From the NCBI RefSeq assembly GCF_006345805.1, contig NC_043003.1:32674001-32738000 (forward strand): a stretch of DNA of 64,000 nt, read 5' to 3'. Shown here piece after piece: positions 1 to 11,896 of the stretch. A program made the translations under genes and the position numbers. The stretch is from Octopus sinensis. Taxonomy: Eukaryota. How positions within the stretch are numbered: position 1 is the first letter of the stretch; every line of letters begins with the position of its first letter. Below the pieces are notes generated by a model. It was not told the DNA's origin. It saw only the letters and a list, made by a program, of their open reading frames with translations, and searched no databases.

Positions 1-919
1 AGTAGATGCATGAATATGTGTGTGTGTGTGCGCGCGCGTGTGTACGTGCGTGTGTGTATGTGTGCGCGTGTGTGTGTGCATGCGTGTCTATAAAGGATAG
101 GTCAAACGTCAAGTACAAAATACGTTCAATAAGCTCCGGAATTATCACAAATTCTTAAACTTTTCTAAAAGTGAATAAAATAAATAAAATAATGAGGAAT
201 ACACACCCACTTGTACATGATGAGCAAATAGCAGCCCAAATCTCGTTTCCATCTCACATTATCACATACATTAAAGCGAGACATTTCTGTAATTAAAGAC
301 AGGAAATCACATTTAGATTGTTTGAAAGGGAAATGATTCGAAATTCAAAATTGGTTCAGAAATTTGACAGAAAGCATTTGATAAATTTGATTACTGGGAA
401 AATACAAAGAAAGATGTCGAAGATCATCGCGTTGATGTTGACAAGATTTTTCCTTCTCCGCAAATTTTTAAATAAAACAGATTAAAAAAGACACGAAATT
501 TCCTAGATTCATTACAAAATGCAAGGAAGTATGCTACTGCAATAGAGCCATTCATTATGCTGATATTGTAACAACCTTTCTTGCAAGTCCGTATTTGTAG
601 ATGTACTTGCTAGTTTCAGCTGACCAAATCAAATTAATAGTCTGTTTCTTAGTTCTAACCTAATTTTTAAAAATTTCGTTACTTCTACGTACCACTGTGT
701 GCATGTTTGTATGTATGTATGTATGTATGTATGTATGTATGTATGTATGTATGTATGTATGTATTCACATCACAAAGCCCCTTCGAATGAACACCACAGA
801 ATCCACGGTTTCATACTTTGAAATGACTAAATATGAACTACTAGTGAATCTTACATACCATGTTCAGGAAACTTCTTTACCACTTCTATACTACTACTTC
901 TAGACTACTACTTCTACGT

Positions 920-1750
920 AGTGAAGGAATCCACAGTGGCTGACGTGTTTTCGCCGCTCCTGACCTGTCAGCGGCCGAAGACACAGAAGACACAGAATAA
1001 CAAATACAACCCAGCAGGATTACTGATAAACAACTGTAATTACTGGAAGATCTACTACTTTCTGTGAGTAATTTGAATTTCCCTCAAAATAAGTTAAAGA
1101 ATTCCAAACCTACAGTTTGGGACAAAAATTTTAGAATCATAAATATCTCCATTTTTTGTGTGAACATTTTGCCGTCACCTCTTCCTTGAGTATCAGATTA
1201 TGTAAAATGCCTTTATTGTAACAACACAACTAAATGCACGCTAAAAGTATGACACCACAATTAAATGCACGCTAAAAGTATGGACGTAAACACCAGCTAA
1301 CCTTTATCTTCTTCTTGACATACCTTTTATTGCAATTGCATTATTAACACGCGGAGAATAAGAAGAAAAAAAAAAAGAAAAGAAAAGAAAAAATACTATT
1401 TATAGTTCACTCTGCTCGTACATGACTCTATTCACAAGTACTGTTTATAGTCGGCCCCTCCTTTGATTTTTCTCAAAGTCAAGGTCACTGTTTCACAAGT
1501 TCCATCAACACTGTTGCGGTCAATTTGAACTCTATTTGACCGACCGTTCTTCATCTCACTTTATGAGCTATTTACTACTGCTGCTATCAGAATTTACTGC
1601 AGTTACTACTATCGCTACAATTAGAAACATTCAAGTTGACGATGACGCCAAAATATCTCTCTCCGTGTCTGAATTATACCGGTGGCACCAACGAAAAATC
1701 CCTTTCTTTCTCTGTGCTGGGAGAAAAGAGAATTTACTATAAAAACAAAC
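920..1750. promoter_or_regulatory. Possible cis-regulatory or 5'-UTR region (no recognisable repeat)
   Basis: Non-repetitive stretch that retains CpG. Motifs: TGACGT (~941), CCTTTGAT (TCF/LEF consensus, 1460-1467), TCAAGGTCA (FTZ-F1/ERR consensus, 1479-1487), and a splice-donor-like GTGAGT (~1065, +). Just upstream on the minus strand is gaacATG|GTATGT (861-853). Motif matches only. Confidence 0.25.
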
Positions 1751-2221
1751 CCCCAGCCCTCCCTCCAACGTATAATTTACTTTAAAAAGAAATACTTTAA
1801 AAGGGAAAAACGTGAGAAAAAAAAGAAAAATTAATAATCTAATTTAACAATAACATGTGCCTTCTCGCACATAAACACAGTATTCACACATATTCAAACA
1901 TGCGCAGATGCAATTATTGAAGTACTAAATGGCACGTCAAATGATATTTAATCGTGTGGAACATGTTACATGCATATCATTATTCTAAAGTTTGGACATA
2001 CTATCCCTTATCCTAAAGCTGCTTCAGACAATTAGGAAGGGTTCCCGACTCGTTGCACCGTCTGCTTTCAATCTTGGATTGTGATTCGGCTCAGCCCAAA
2101 CTCTCTCAGTTTTTGTCTGCTGTTGCCTACTCCTACAAGGATTGCACCTGGTTTTTGTTCCTGATTTAACCCCGATTTGTCCTAGAGCCCATAGAAGATT
2201 GTTTTTAGTCAACCATCCATC

Positions 2222-3678
2222 ATGTCAGCTACCTACGCATCGAAACTGAGATCTGCAAGTAGGGCTTCTCATCAAGATGATGGTCCTACCAATAGTCAGC
2301 TCAACGAACAGTTGCTGTTGCTCAAACAAGAGGTTGAGCACCTAAAGTCTGTTGTTGCTCTCTTACTGAATAAACAGTCTCCTGTTGACGCAGAGTCACC
2401 CTTGATTTCTTCCCTGGAGACGTCCAAACCGAAGGGAACAAAATCGAGGCGGCCAAGAAGGCGAAGGAACCGGCGGTCGTTTCTGCACATGATCGTTCCC
2501 GTGCGGATTCTTCCTCATCTGCCTTTTCGGTCCCGGAGGTTCCCCAACCTAATTTGAGGAGCGTAGACTCAAACCTACCTGAAGACCGTTGTTCTCCCCA
2601 AAAGAAGAAACGTCGTCAAAACTCCAGTGGGGCGGATTTAGCTATGAAACCTGACCACGATAAACGGTCTCCTGTTGACGCAGGGTCACCCTTGATTTCT
2701 TTCCTGGAGACGTCCAAACCGAAGGGAACAAAATCGAAGCGGCCAAAGAAGGCGAAGGAACCGGCGGTCGTTCCTGCACATGATCGTTCCTGTGCGGATT
2801 CTTCCTCATCTGCCTTTTCGGTCCCGGAGGTTCCCCAACCTAGTTCGAGGAGCGTAGACTCAAACCCACCTGAAGACCGTTGTTCTCCCCAAAAGAAGAA
2901 ACGTAGTCAAAACTCCAGGGGGGCAGATTTGGCTATGAAACCTGATCACGATAAAATCTGTTTGGATTCTCCTTCACTTGTCCTTCCCATTAATGCCATT
3001 GCTCAACCAATTCTGAACGATCTCGATGTGGGTTCATCTGGGGAGTGGTGCTCCCCAACCGAAGAAGAGGCAGTGCAGTTCCAAACCAGGCGGGAAAATT
3101 ATGACCACTAAATCCATTCCGATCGACCCCACAGGCCGACATAAGTCCGATGGCTATGAAACCACCCTTTCGAAATCCTCCAATGAAGAATCGAATACCG
3201 CAGCTCATAGTAGAGAACTTTTTGCCCACTCAAGATCGGCAATAATATATGGCAAGGCTGAATCCACCTGTGATACAGGCATAAACCGCCTAAAAGATGA
3301 CATTAATTTTGTTTCCGTTTTGGTTGGAAAATTGTTCTCTGTGAACGAAAATGTCAGTGTTCTTAAGGTCGCTCGGCTAGAAAGATTCCAAGCGAACCCA
3401 ACCGCAGATACTAGACCACGCCCAATAAGGGTAATCTTTTCTTCTGATCGGGAGGCTTCAGTCTTCTGAACAGAGCTCAGACGCATGCCTGGGAGGACCC
3501 CAATATGGGTTTTCGCGAGGAATACTCACTAAGAGAGAGAATTCGCCGGAGGAACCTGATATCCGAGCTAAAGATGAGGAAACAAATGGGAGAGAAGGGT
3601 TTACGAATCCAAGATGGACAGATAATCAAGTCCTACCTCTGGTCCCATGCTGTAGTGCTGACAGGGAAAGTGATGTGA
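2222..3678 (+). pseudogene. LINE ORF1 (coiled-coil, Ser/Lys-rich repeats, C-terminal RNA-binding-like domain), split by three frameshifts
   Basis: ORFs 2222-2557, 2554-3111 and 3026-3469 join by 1-nt shifts. A fourth piece reads LLNRAQ...RERIRRRNLISELKMRKQMGEKGLRIQDGQII to TGA at 3676-3678. 'RSAIIYG...RPRPIRVIF...ELK.R...GEK.L.I..GQI' is typical of CR1/L2 ORF1 C-termini. Confidence 0.8.
2371..2951 (+). repeat. Tandem duplication of a 291-bp (97-codon) unit inside ORF1
   Basis: Copy 1 is 2371-2660 (290 bp; GGCCAAGAAG lacks one A). Copy 2 is 2661-2951 (291 bp; GGCCAAAGAAG). The copies are nearly identical. Confidence 0.95.
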
Positions 3679-6574
3679 GGGCAAATCGAAGTGAAGTTGA
3701 TACCCCCGTCAACGATGCTATCTCTGATGCCCTTTATTCTGCTTGTTCCCCAACTCCCGCCCCTCAGACTTCACAGCTCAGCATCGTCTACACCAACTCG
3801 TGCTCCTTATTCCCAAAGTTCAGTGAACTATTTACACTGGCCCTACGCGACTCCCCTGATGTGATAGCTATCACCGAGACTTGGCTGACTCCAGCAGTAA
3901 AGGACTCAGAGATCCACCTGCAGGGCTACGTCCTTTTCAGATGTGACAGAGGAAAAAGGCGAGGTGGAGGTGTTGCTGTGTATGTTAAGTCTGAGCACAA
4001 ACCGTCCTGCGGTATTCTACCCACAAATGCTCAACCTACAACCAAATTCGATGCCGTCTATTGCAAGCTGAGCCTATCTGAGTTTTGCCTGCCCGTGTTG
4101 GCTGTCTACAGGCCGCCTCTAGCCGACCCCCAGGACGATGCTCATCTACTCGAAGCGATAAGATTCGTTTCAGCTTCGCATGACTGCTTGGTACTAGGCG
4201 ACTTCAACGCTCCCACGATCGATTGGCCCGCATCAATTTGTACAACATCTTCCCGGTTCGGCCAGGCCCTTCTTGACGTGGCTGAAGATTGTTTTCTATC
4301 GCAACATGTTGAATATCCGACAAGGCATCGGTCTGGGCAGCAGCCAGCTATGCTAGATCTGGTATTCTCCCGCTATCCAAGATCAGTGTCAGACGTATCT
4401 GTGTGCGCCCCTCTTGCCAAGAGTGATCATGCGGTCCTGAAGTTCGTCATGCACACAACTTTTTCCACGCCCACGATTACTTCGCTGCCACGTAGAGTCT
4501 TCTCTGCAATTAATCTTGAAATTCTAACCGAGGCTTCCGCGCTTCTGGACTGGCGTTCCCTGATGACGTTGTCCTCAGTTGACGAACTATGGTCATCCCT
4601 CAAAGCATATGTAATCTGTTTGACTGACCAGGCAGTCCCCGTTGGACTTCCCAAGAGGAAGAAACACAAGCCCTGGGTGACGAAGAAGGTTAAACGAGAA
4701 CGTCGACTCAGGGATATTGCTTGGGCTGAATTCAAAAATCTGGATTCGACTGCAGCTTTTGAGGTGTACAAAACTCAACGAGACCGAGCCGTGAAAATTG
4801 AAAAGAAAGAACGCTTCAGTTATGAATACAAAATCGCGGCAAATGCCAGTAGCAATCCAAAAACCTTCTTTGCCCATGTCCAGCGGAATTCCCGCTTGAA
4901 CAACCAGATTGCAACGTTGGTAGACTCAACAGGCGTATCGATTGAGGACCCTTATCAACAGAGTCAATTATTTGCCGAGGCTTTTTCAACTATTTTCAAA
5001 CAAGATGATGGTCGTGAACCCCCTCCATTTGATAGATCGGTACCTCCAATGCTTCGATTGATCATCACGCGGGACGAAGTCAAACGTGTTATTCAAGGCC
5101 TCGATGTCAATAAGGGTCACGGCCCTGACGGCATACACCCACGGGTTATCAAAGCGTTGGCTCCGGTCATCTGCGAGCCCTTAACACGACTATTCAATAT
5201 GTCATTGGCGACGGGTGTTATACCTGCAGACTGGAGAACAGCGATAATCTGCCCAATTTTCAAGAAAGGGAGCCGCGAAGACCCGCTTGACTACCGACCG
5301 GTTTCCCTTACATCAATAATCAGCAAGATGTTCGAAACCATCCTTAAGAAAAGTATGATGCTCCTAAACACAGCCTCGATCACTGACTCCCAACACGGCT
5401 TCGTGCCGAAGAGATCATGCTTGACCAACTTACTAGTAATGGAAGAATTGGTGACGCGCATCCTCGATGATAGTGATGCTGTTGACATCGTTTTATTGGA
5501 CTTTGCCAAAGCTTTTGACTCGGTAAACCACCGCCTACTACTTGTCAAGCTTCAAGCATATAGTTTCCATCCGGATATTGTACGATGGGTGGTGCCTTCC
5601 TCTCAGATCGCTCCTTCCAAGTTCAAGTTAATGGTTCGCGGTCCGACGTCTCCAGTGCGAGCAGTGGCGTGCCTCAAGGTTCAGTGCTTGGGCCCTTGTT
5701 GTTCTTAGTCTTCATAAATGACTTGCCCGGACGACCTCACGCAAACACCCTTCTATTTGCCGACGATATCAAACTAGTCGCTCCTCGCGGTAGTATAGAG
5801 GATCTTCGTCGATGCCTCCACCAAATTTGGAAGTGGTCTAACGATTGGGACCTGTGTCTGAACGTGTCAAAGTGCTGTCATCTGCCTGTCGGCTCTACTC
5901 CTGCAACTCAACTTGATTTCGAGCCGGGTCGTCTGCTGCTGGAGAGGACCGATCAGGTAAAGGACCTGGGTATCTTGGTGGATTCCTCCTTTTCGCCTTC
6001 GGCCCAGTGCGTCCATGCTGCCAACAAAGCGCGCGGAATTCTGTTTTTGATTCGACGGTCATTCGGAATGCTCACAGCAGCCATATTCCTGCCACTCTAT
6101 GTCACGCTGGTGAGACCCATATTGGAGTATGGGATTCAAGCCTCTTCTCCTTATCTCCTCAAAGACATACAGCACCTCGAAAGAGTCCAGAGGCTGGCTA
6201 CCCGCATGGTTCATGGTCTCAAAAATTTGTCCTACGAAGAAAGGCTGAGGACGCTCGACCTTTGTTCTCTTGAAAAACGCCGCCGCCGTGGTGATCTCAT
6301 TCTCGCCCACAACATCATAAGCGGGAAGTGTAACCTCTCGAAAGAGCTGTTCTTCACTCCTGCTCCGGAGCGTCGGCTGCGGGGTCATTCCGAAAAGCTC
6401 TACCTGCGACGATTTCATCTCAATCGAAGGAGAGGAGCTTTCTCCGTCCGAGTTGCGGATCCGTGGAACAAGCTGCCAGACGAGATGGTGAAGATGCCGA
6501 CGACCGCTTTGTTCAAAGCCTCCCTGGACCTCAAGTGGCCTGAACCTCTTTACATGAACACCACCCTGTACTAA
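3675..6574 (+). pseudogene. LINE ORF2: AP endonuclease + reverse transcriptase, one -1 frameshift near 5590
   Basis: APE motifs: YTNSCSL, DVIAITETWL, GGGVAVYV, VYRPP, LGDFN, SDH. RT motifs: GPDG, YRPVSLTS, QHGF, LDFAKAFDSV, GVPQGSVLGPLLF, LFADD, KDLG. ORFs 3675-5708 and 5585-6574 join at TGG-GT-GGT-GCC. Confidence 0.95.
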
Positions 6575-6693
6575 ACTCCATGTCCCCCTACATGGCCTTG
6601 CTATTTGCTTTTGAGCCAAATTAACTAACTAACTAACATGTATGTATGTATGTATGTATGTATGTATGTATGTATGTATGTATGTATGTATGT

Positions 6694-6954
6694 GTCATCT
6701 CTTGTGAAAGGTAGGAGAGTCCAGTTTGCTGGGCATTGTTGTAGAGCTGAAAAAGAAGTAATTTCTACTCTTCTCCTCTGGAAGCCATCTACTCGCAATA
6801 CCAGAGGGCGCACACTCTCCTACCCTGATGTAATCTCCAGGGATAAAGGCATCCAGCAACAGGACCTCCGTAATGCCATGATGGACCGAGAAGTCTGGCG
6901 TAGCATGGTAAATTCCATTGTCTCGACCACGGTCGAACAATGATGATGATGATG
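6694..6954 (+). mobile_element. 5'-truncated RTE/RTE-X LINE 3' end with (TGA)n tail
   Basis: Reads RRVQFAGHCCRAEKEVISTLLLWKP...GRTLSYPDVISRD...MMDREVWRSMV-stop, then TGATGATGATGA. Flanked by (TATG)n on both sides. Confidence 0.8.
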
Positions 6955-7136
6955 TATGTATGTATGTATGTATGTATGTATGTATGTATGTATGTATGTA
7001 TGTGTGTATATGAGTATATGTATGTATGCATGCATGTATGTACGTGTATATATTTGTTATGTATGTATGTATGTATGTATGTAAGTATGTATGTTTGTAT
7101 GCGTGTGTGTTCGTGAGTGTGTGTGTACGAATGTAT

Positions 7137-7560
7137 ATTATTGAGTTTTATTGCCAATAAAACTCTTGCCAATGAAGAAAGAGTCGGCTTTTAACCTGGG
7201 ACCAAGGCTCCTCCATTGAAATTTCAACATCAGTAGGTTAGTTTATGCATGGTTTTGTGTATAGAAGTAAGATTTGGGTTGTTTTCTTTTATATATGTAT
7301 ATACTCAAACATACAATTACGCGTTTAAGCATATGCGTGTAATTTATTTGCTAAATTTTGGAAAAGTTTTACATATTTTGACAGTTCTGTTTGTGACTTG
7401 CATCTAAAAACGTCTAACTAGCTTTTGCCTTTCTGGTTTTGAGAAGCCTAATTTCTAAGGATTAGTGCAAACACTCTTTGTTACATATCCTAGTGCTCTA
7501 ATTATTACGGGTAGAATTTTGAACTTGTTATCTGGGTGGAGTAACTGTAAATGTTTCAAC
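7137..7560 (-). mobile_element. 3' fragment of a REL-endonuclease LINE (R4/Dong-like)
   Basis: Minus strand reads LKHLQLLHPDNKFKILPVIIRALGYVTK. The 3' UTR at 7165-7232 matches the reverse complement of 26280-26345. Confidence 0.8.
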
Positions 7561-7595
7561 GTATGGACGGACGTATGTTTTGTATGTACATATTC

Positions 7596-7695
<100 letters not shown>

Positions 7696-7860
7696 CAAGT
7701 TGAAAAAGCGTTTGGAATCATTTTATATTTAATTTTTTTAAATTTTAGAGAAATCTGTGAAACTAGTTAAGTCTTAAGATTTTTTTAATAAAAAATCTAA
7801 ACGCATCCAGTGCCTTTTCACCTTCATTTTCCTAATTTTCTACCCGTGTGGAATAAAATA

Positions 7861-8261
7861 AGGAGTGGCTCTGTGGTAAGTAGCTTGTTTACCAACCACA
7901 TGGTTCCTGGTTCAGTCCCACTGCGTGGCACCTTGGGCAAGTGTCTTCTACTATAGCCTCGGGGCGACCAAAGCCTTGTGAGTGGATTTGGTAGACGTAA
8001 ACTGAAAGAAGCCCGTCGTATATATGTATATATATATATGCGTGTGTGTTTTTGTGTGTCTGTGTTTGTCCCCCTAGCATTGCTTGTTAACCGATGCTGG
8101 TGTGTTTATGTCCCCGTTACTTAACGGTTCGACAAAAGAGACCGAAAGAATAAGTACTGGGCTTACAAAAGAATAAGTCCCGGGGTCGAGTTGCTCGATT
8201 AAAGGTGGTGCTCCAGCATGGCCGCAGTCAAATGACTGAAACAAGTAAAAGAGTAAAAGAG
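7861..8261 (+). mobile_element. tRNA-derived SINE, family A (octopus OR1-like)
   Basis: tRNA-like head, CCTTGGGCAAGTGTCTT core, internal (TA)/(TG) tract, tail GGTGCTCCAGCATGGCCGCAGTCAAATGACTGAAACAAGTAAAAGAG. Ten or more homologues in the window. Confidence 0.9.
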
Positions 8262-8279
8262 TATATATATATATATATA

Positions 8280-9700
8280 TCTTATTATAAAAGGCAGATT
8301 TTATCTGCCTCCCTTTGTCAGTTATAGAAATCTACAATATAGGATTTCTTCAATTACAATATACTTAGCATTTTTAAGAGTAGAATGCATCGGGTTTTGC
8401 CAGGTCCACTTTTAAAAATTTAAACTCCAATTAAGCAAAATTTACAGAAAACTCACATTCTGGTGTGTATGTCAAATGCTTTTCTTAATGTGGTTTACAC
8501 CACACGCACACGCACACACACAGTGTGCAAAGAATAAAATGAAAGTAATTCACCATTCTAGTGAGTGACTCTTTCAGTCTGCCACTTCCTCTTTACACAC
8601 ATAGACACGCAAATATATAAATAAAATTGTAAGCTAACGTGCGTGTGTGTGTGAGTGTGTGTGTGCGTGTGTGTGTGTGTGAGGGTGCGTGTGTGTGTGT
8701 GTGTGTGTGTGCGTGCGTATGCGTGAGTGTGTGGCAGGAAAGTTTTTTAGGACGAATATAAGACCTATATCGGAGATGTTTCGCTTGTCGTAGCACAAGT
8801 TTCCGTCGATTTCCGTAAAACCTTTTATTTTTTTACATAAGTAATGAGAGCGAAAGAGACTAAGAGAAAGCGATTGTATGACGAGGGAAGTTCTTTTGAA
8901 GTTACCGTGCATGGGACGCATTGATGTACATGTGTGTGTGTGTGTGTGTTTGATGGAGTGTGGGAGACAGACAGTATGTTGTGTAAGTGAGTGCTTCTGT
9001 TAGTGTGTGTGAAGAGACAGAGAGAGTAATGTGTGAAAGAGAGAGATAACTGAAATTTTTTACTCGGTTTATGTGTATATGTATGTATGCATGTATGTGT
9101 GTGTGTGTGTGTATGTGTGTGTGTGTATGTATGTATGTATGTATGGCCGATTCAGTGTTTACATTTTTTACGGAAATCGACGGAAACGTGTGCTACGACA
9201 AGCGAAACATCGCCCCTATATCCAAGTAGCAGAAAGATCGCCCAAAAGTGTATATAGATATTTAAATGTATTTATATATCATCTATACACAGATGTATGT
9301 ATAATGTGTGTGTATATATTTCCATACACGTAACCATTCACTCCGCACAAAGTTTTTTAGGACGAAAATAAGATCTAAAGTTATCTCTAAGTAGCACAGA
9401 GATCGCCCAAAAGTGTATATAGATATATAAATGTATTTATATATTCATCTATGCACACATGTTTGTATAACGTGTGTGTATATTTTTCATAGAGGTAACC
9501 ATTCACTCCATACAAAGTTTTTTAGCACGAAAATAAGATCTAAAGTTATCTCTAAGAAACAGAAAGATCGCCCAAAAGTGTATATAGATATTTAAATGTA
9601 TTTATATATTCATCTATACACACATGTATGTATAATGTGTGTGTATATATTTCCATAGAGGTAACCATTCAATCCATACAAAGTTTTTTAGGACGAAATA
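8280..9700 (+). mobile_element. Probable non-autonomous Helitron 5' part with internal inverted repeat and 165-bp tandem array
   Basis: Begins A|TCTTATTATAAAAGG inside (TA)n. Has no 3' CTAG of its own before the adjacent Helitron. Confidence 0.5.
9226..9700 (+). repeat. 165-bp tandem repeat, about three copies
   Basis: AGATCGCCCAAAAGTGTATATAGAT recurs at 9235, 9400 and 9565. Confidence 0.9.
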
Positions 9701-10545
9701 TTTATATATAAAAGAAAGGTTGTGTGTCTGTCTACTCTGATTTAGATTCCTAACTACTCCCACATTTTGCGATGCAGTTTAACCAAAACCGGGTATCTTA
9801 TAGTCGTGATTCATATCGAGCCCTTCTGGGTATTAGCGCGCGTCTACGATGAGTCTATGATTTTACAAATAATTTACCATCATTTTTTTCCATTTTAATG
9901 CATATTTTTTTAAATAAACGGAAGTAACTCTCAAACTTCACACCAATATGCGTGCTCATATGCGACGTAATATCACATCAGCAGCATTTCCTCACACCCT
10001 CATTGCACTTGGCGAAGGCAAAATACCAGGGGATGAAAATGGTAATATTGCCATCGATTCCATTTGTACCATTGTTAAGACGCCTTCTGATCTCAGAGAT
10101 GCAGTGTTCCCAGATCTACAAGCTAATTATCAGAATATGGATTGGATTGGCAAAAAGGCTGTACTGGCCCCGAGGAATAAAACTGTTCACCATATTAATG
10201 ATGAAATGCTAAAACTCATTCCTGGGGAAGTCTATGTATATCAGTCTATCGATACAACTCCTGACCCAGAGGACGTCATCAACTATCCAATAGAGGTACT
10301 TAATTCCTTTGAGCACCCCGGACTACCACCACACTTTCTCAAACTTAAAGTTGGTGCCCCTATAATGCTCATCAGAAATTTGGTTCCCCCAAAACAATGC
10401 AATGGCACACGTTTGATCGTTAAGTCCTTATCTCCCACCGTAAGCTTATATCAATATTTGCCTGAATAATCATCATAATTCAGTGCAATCATTAACAGTA
10501 CTTTCAAGCAATTCAGCCCCGAGCAACGCCGGGCAATTCTGCTAG
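9700..10545 (+). mobile_element. Internally deleted Helitron retaining a PIF1-helicase fragment
   Basis: 3' hairpin CCCCGAG-CAAC-GCCGGG followed by CTAG|T at 10542-10546. The 5' ~200 bp matches the Helitron at 36140-36532. Confidence 0.9.
9948..10469 (+). pseudogene. Helitron RepHel PIF1-type helicase fragment
   Basis: LAPRNKTVHHINDEML, YPIEVLNS, GLPPHFLKLKVGAPIMLIRNL and CNGTRLIV are PIF1/Helitron helicase motifs. Truncated at both ends. Confidence 0.92.
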
Positions 10546-10869
10546 TATATATATATATATATTATCATAACTGAACATAAAAACAAACGTTGACATATGC
10601 ATGCATAAATAAATATATAAGGGTAAAAATTTATACCATGCGCAAAAAATTGTCCCTAGACCATTATATATATATATATACATGGGAAAATGCGGTCATG
10701 AAAATTAATATTCTTAAGATTATAAACCTGAAAATGTACAGGACAAGCTGTTACTTCTAGTAAAGAATAAGAAACTTTTAACTTAAAATATTGCAGCAAA
10801 GAATGCCAGTTCTAATTATTCAATCTTTACAGTACTCATCTTTTAAATTTATTCTACAAAACTGTTCAG

Positions 10870-10912
<43 letters not shown>

Positions 10913-10928
10913 ATATATATATATATAT

Positions 10929-11063
10929 ATGCTAAACTTTTGGAAGGTTTTGCATATTATGACAGTTCCATTGATGGCTTACATCTATAATCTTCTAGCT
11001 AGCTTTTGCCTTTCTGGTTTGTGCTCCAATTATTACGGGTATAAATCTGAACTTGTAATCCGT
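10929..11063 (-). mobile_element. Internally deleted fragment of the same REL LINE
   Basis: Aligns to 7350-7440 and then jumps to 7494-7535 (GTGCTCCAATTATTACGGGT...GAACTTG). Confidence 0.75.
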
Positions 11064-11138
11064 GTGTATGCATATGTATTATATGTATTTATGTGTATAT
11101 GGATGTATGTATTCATTTATGTATATATATATATGTCA

Positions 11139-11169
<31 letters not shown>

Positions 11170-11556
11170 TGTACGTATGTATGTATATACGTGAATTTTT
11201 TGAGATGAGAAATTATCATGTCTACCTGTCTTACTATAGTTACAACATTAGAACCATTGTATTCTCCTACCTTCTTTAGATACCTGCCGCATTACGTAAT
11301 TTCTTCGGGTTTTTTAACACTAACCGTTAGTTATATCCATAGTAGCGATATTCTTCTGTTTGATATTCTCCTGCATGGTATTCCGCTCGACCTAGGGTTT
11401 GAACTCTTACTCACTGACACACTGAGTAAGTTATAACATTATCTGACAGTTCACTAGGACAATCAGGTAATGGAAGTTAGGTTCTTTAAACCTAATGCTT
11501 GTAGGTTTAATGCTCATTGATGGATGTGCGTTTGTGTGAGTATGTATATATCCGAG

Positions 11557-11587
<31 letters not shown>

Positions 11588-11616
11588 TGTGTGTGTGTGG
11601 TGTGTGTGTGTGTGTG

Positions 11617-11896
11617 TTACTGGAACTCCGTCGGTTACGGCGACGAGGATTTCAGTTGCACCACTCAACGGATAAGCCTGCTCGTGGAATTAACGTACAA
11701 GTGACTGAAATCTCCATAGACACGCGTACCCTCAACATAGTTCTCGGGGAGATTCAGTGTGACACACAATGTGACAAGCCTGGCTCTTTGAAATACAAAT
11801 ACTGGTACAACTCATTTTTGCCAGCTAAGTGAACTGGAGCAACATGAAATAAAGTATCTTCCTCAAGGACACAACGTGTCGCCGGGAATTTTTACT
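11617..11896 (-). mobile_element. SINE, head/core type C with tail Z, 5'-truncated
   Basis: Homologous to 16458-16746. Core on the + strand: CTCATTTTTGCCAGCTAAGTGAACTGGAGCAACATGAAAT. Confidence 0.8.

Larger units (their letters stand above)
2020..6637 (+). mobile_element. Near-full-length non-LTR retrotransposon, CR1/L2 group (ORF1 + APE-RT ORF2)
   Basis: ORF1 remnants, then an ORF2 with APE and RT motifs, a short 3' UTR and a (TAAC)n tail at 6621-6637. Visibly more GC-rich than the flanks. The 5' boundary is approximate. Confidence 0.93.

Noticed and set aside
2578-2612. CTGAAGA...GAAACGTC inside LINE ORF1, resembling a hammerhead
   Set aside because: The intervening sequence cannot form helix II, and it lies in coding sequence (EDR...KKKRRQ).
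4427-6619. Antisense and alternate-frame ORFs over the LINE (4427-4771, 4593-4877, 5291-5548, 6007-6273, 6059-6619)
   Set aside because: Shadow ORFs of a GC-rich coding region, with no recognisable motifs.
11200-11520. Non-repetitive block that might be a LINE or Penelope fragment
   Set aside because: No frame on either strand gave a motif I could assign.
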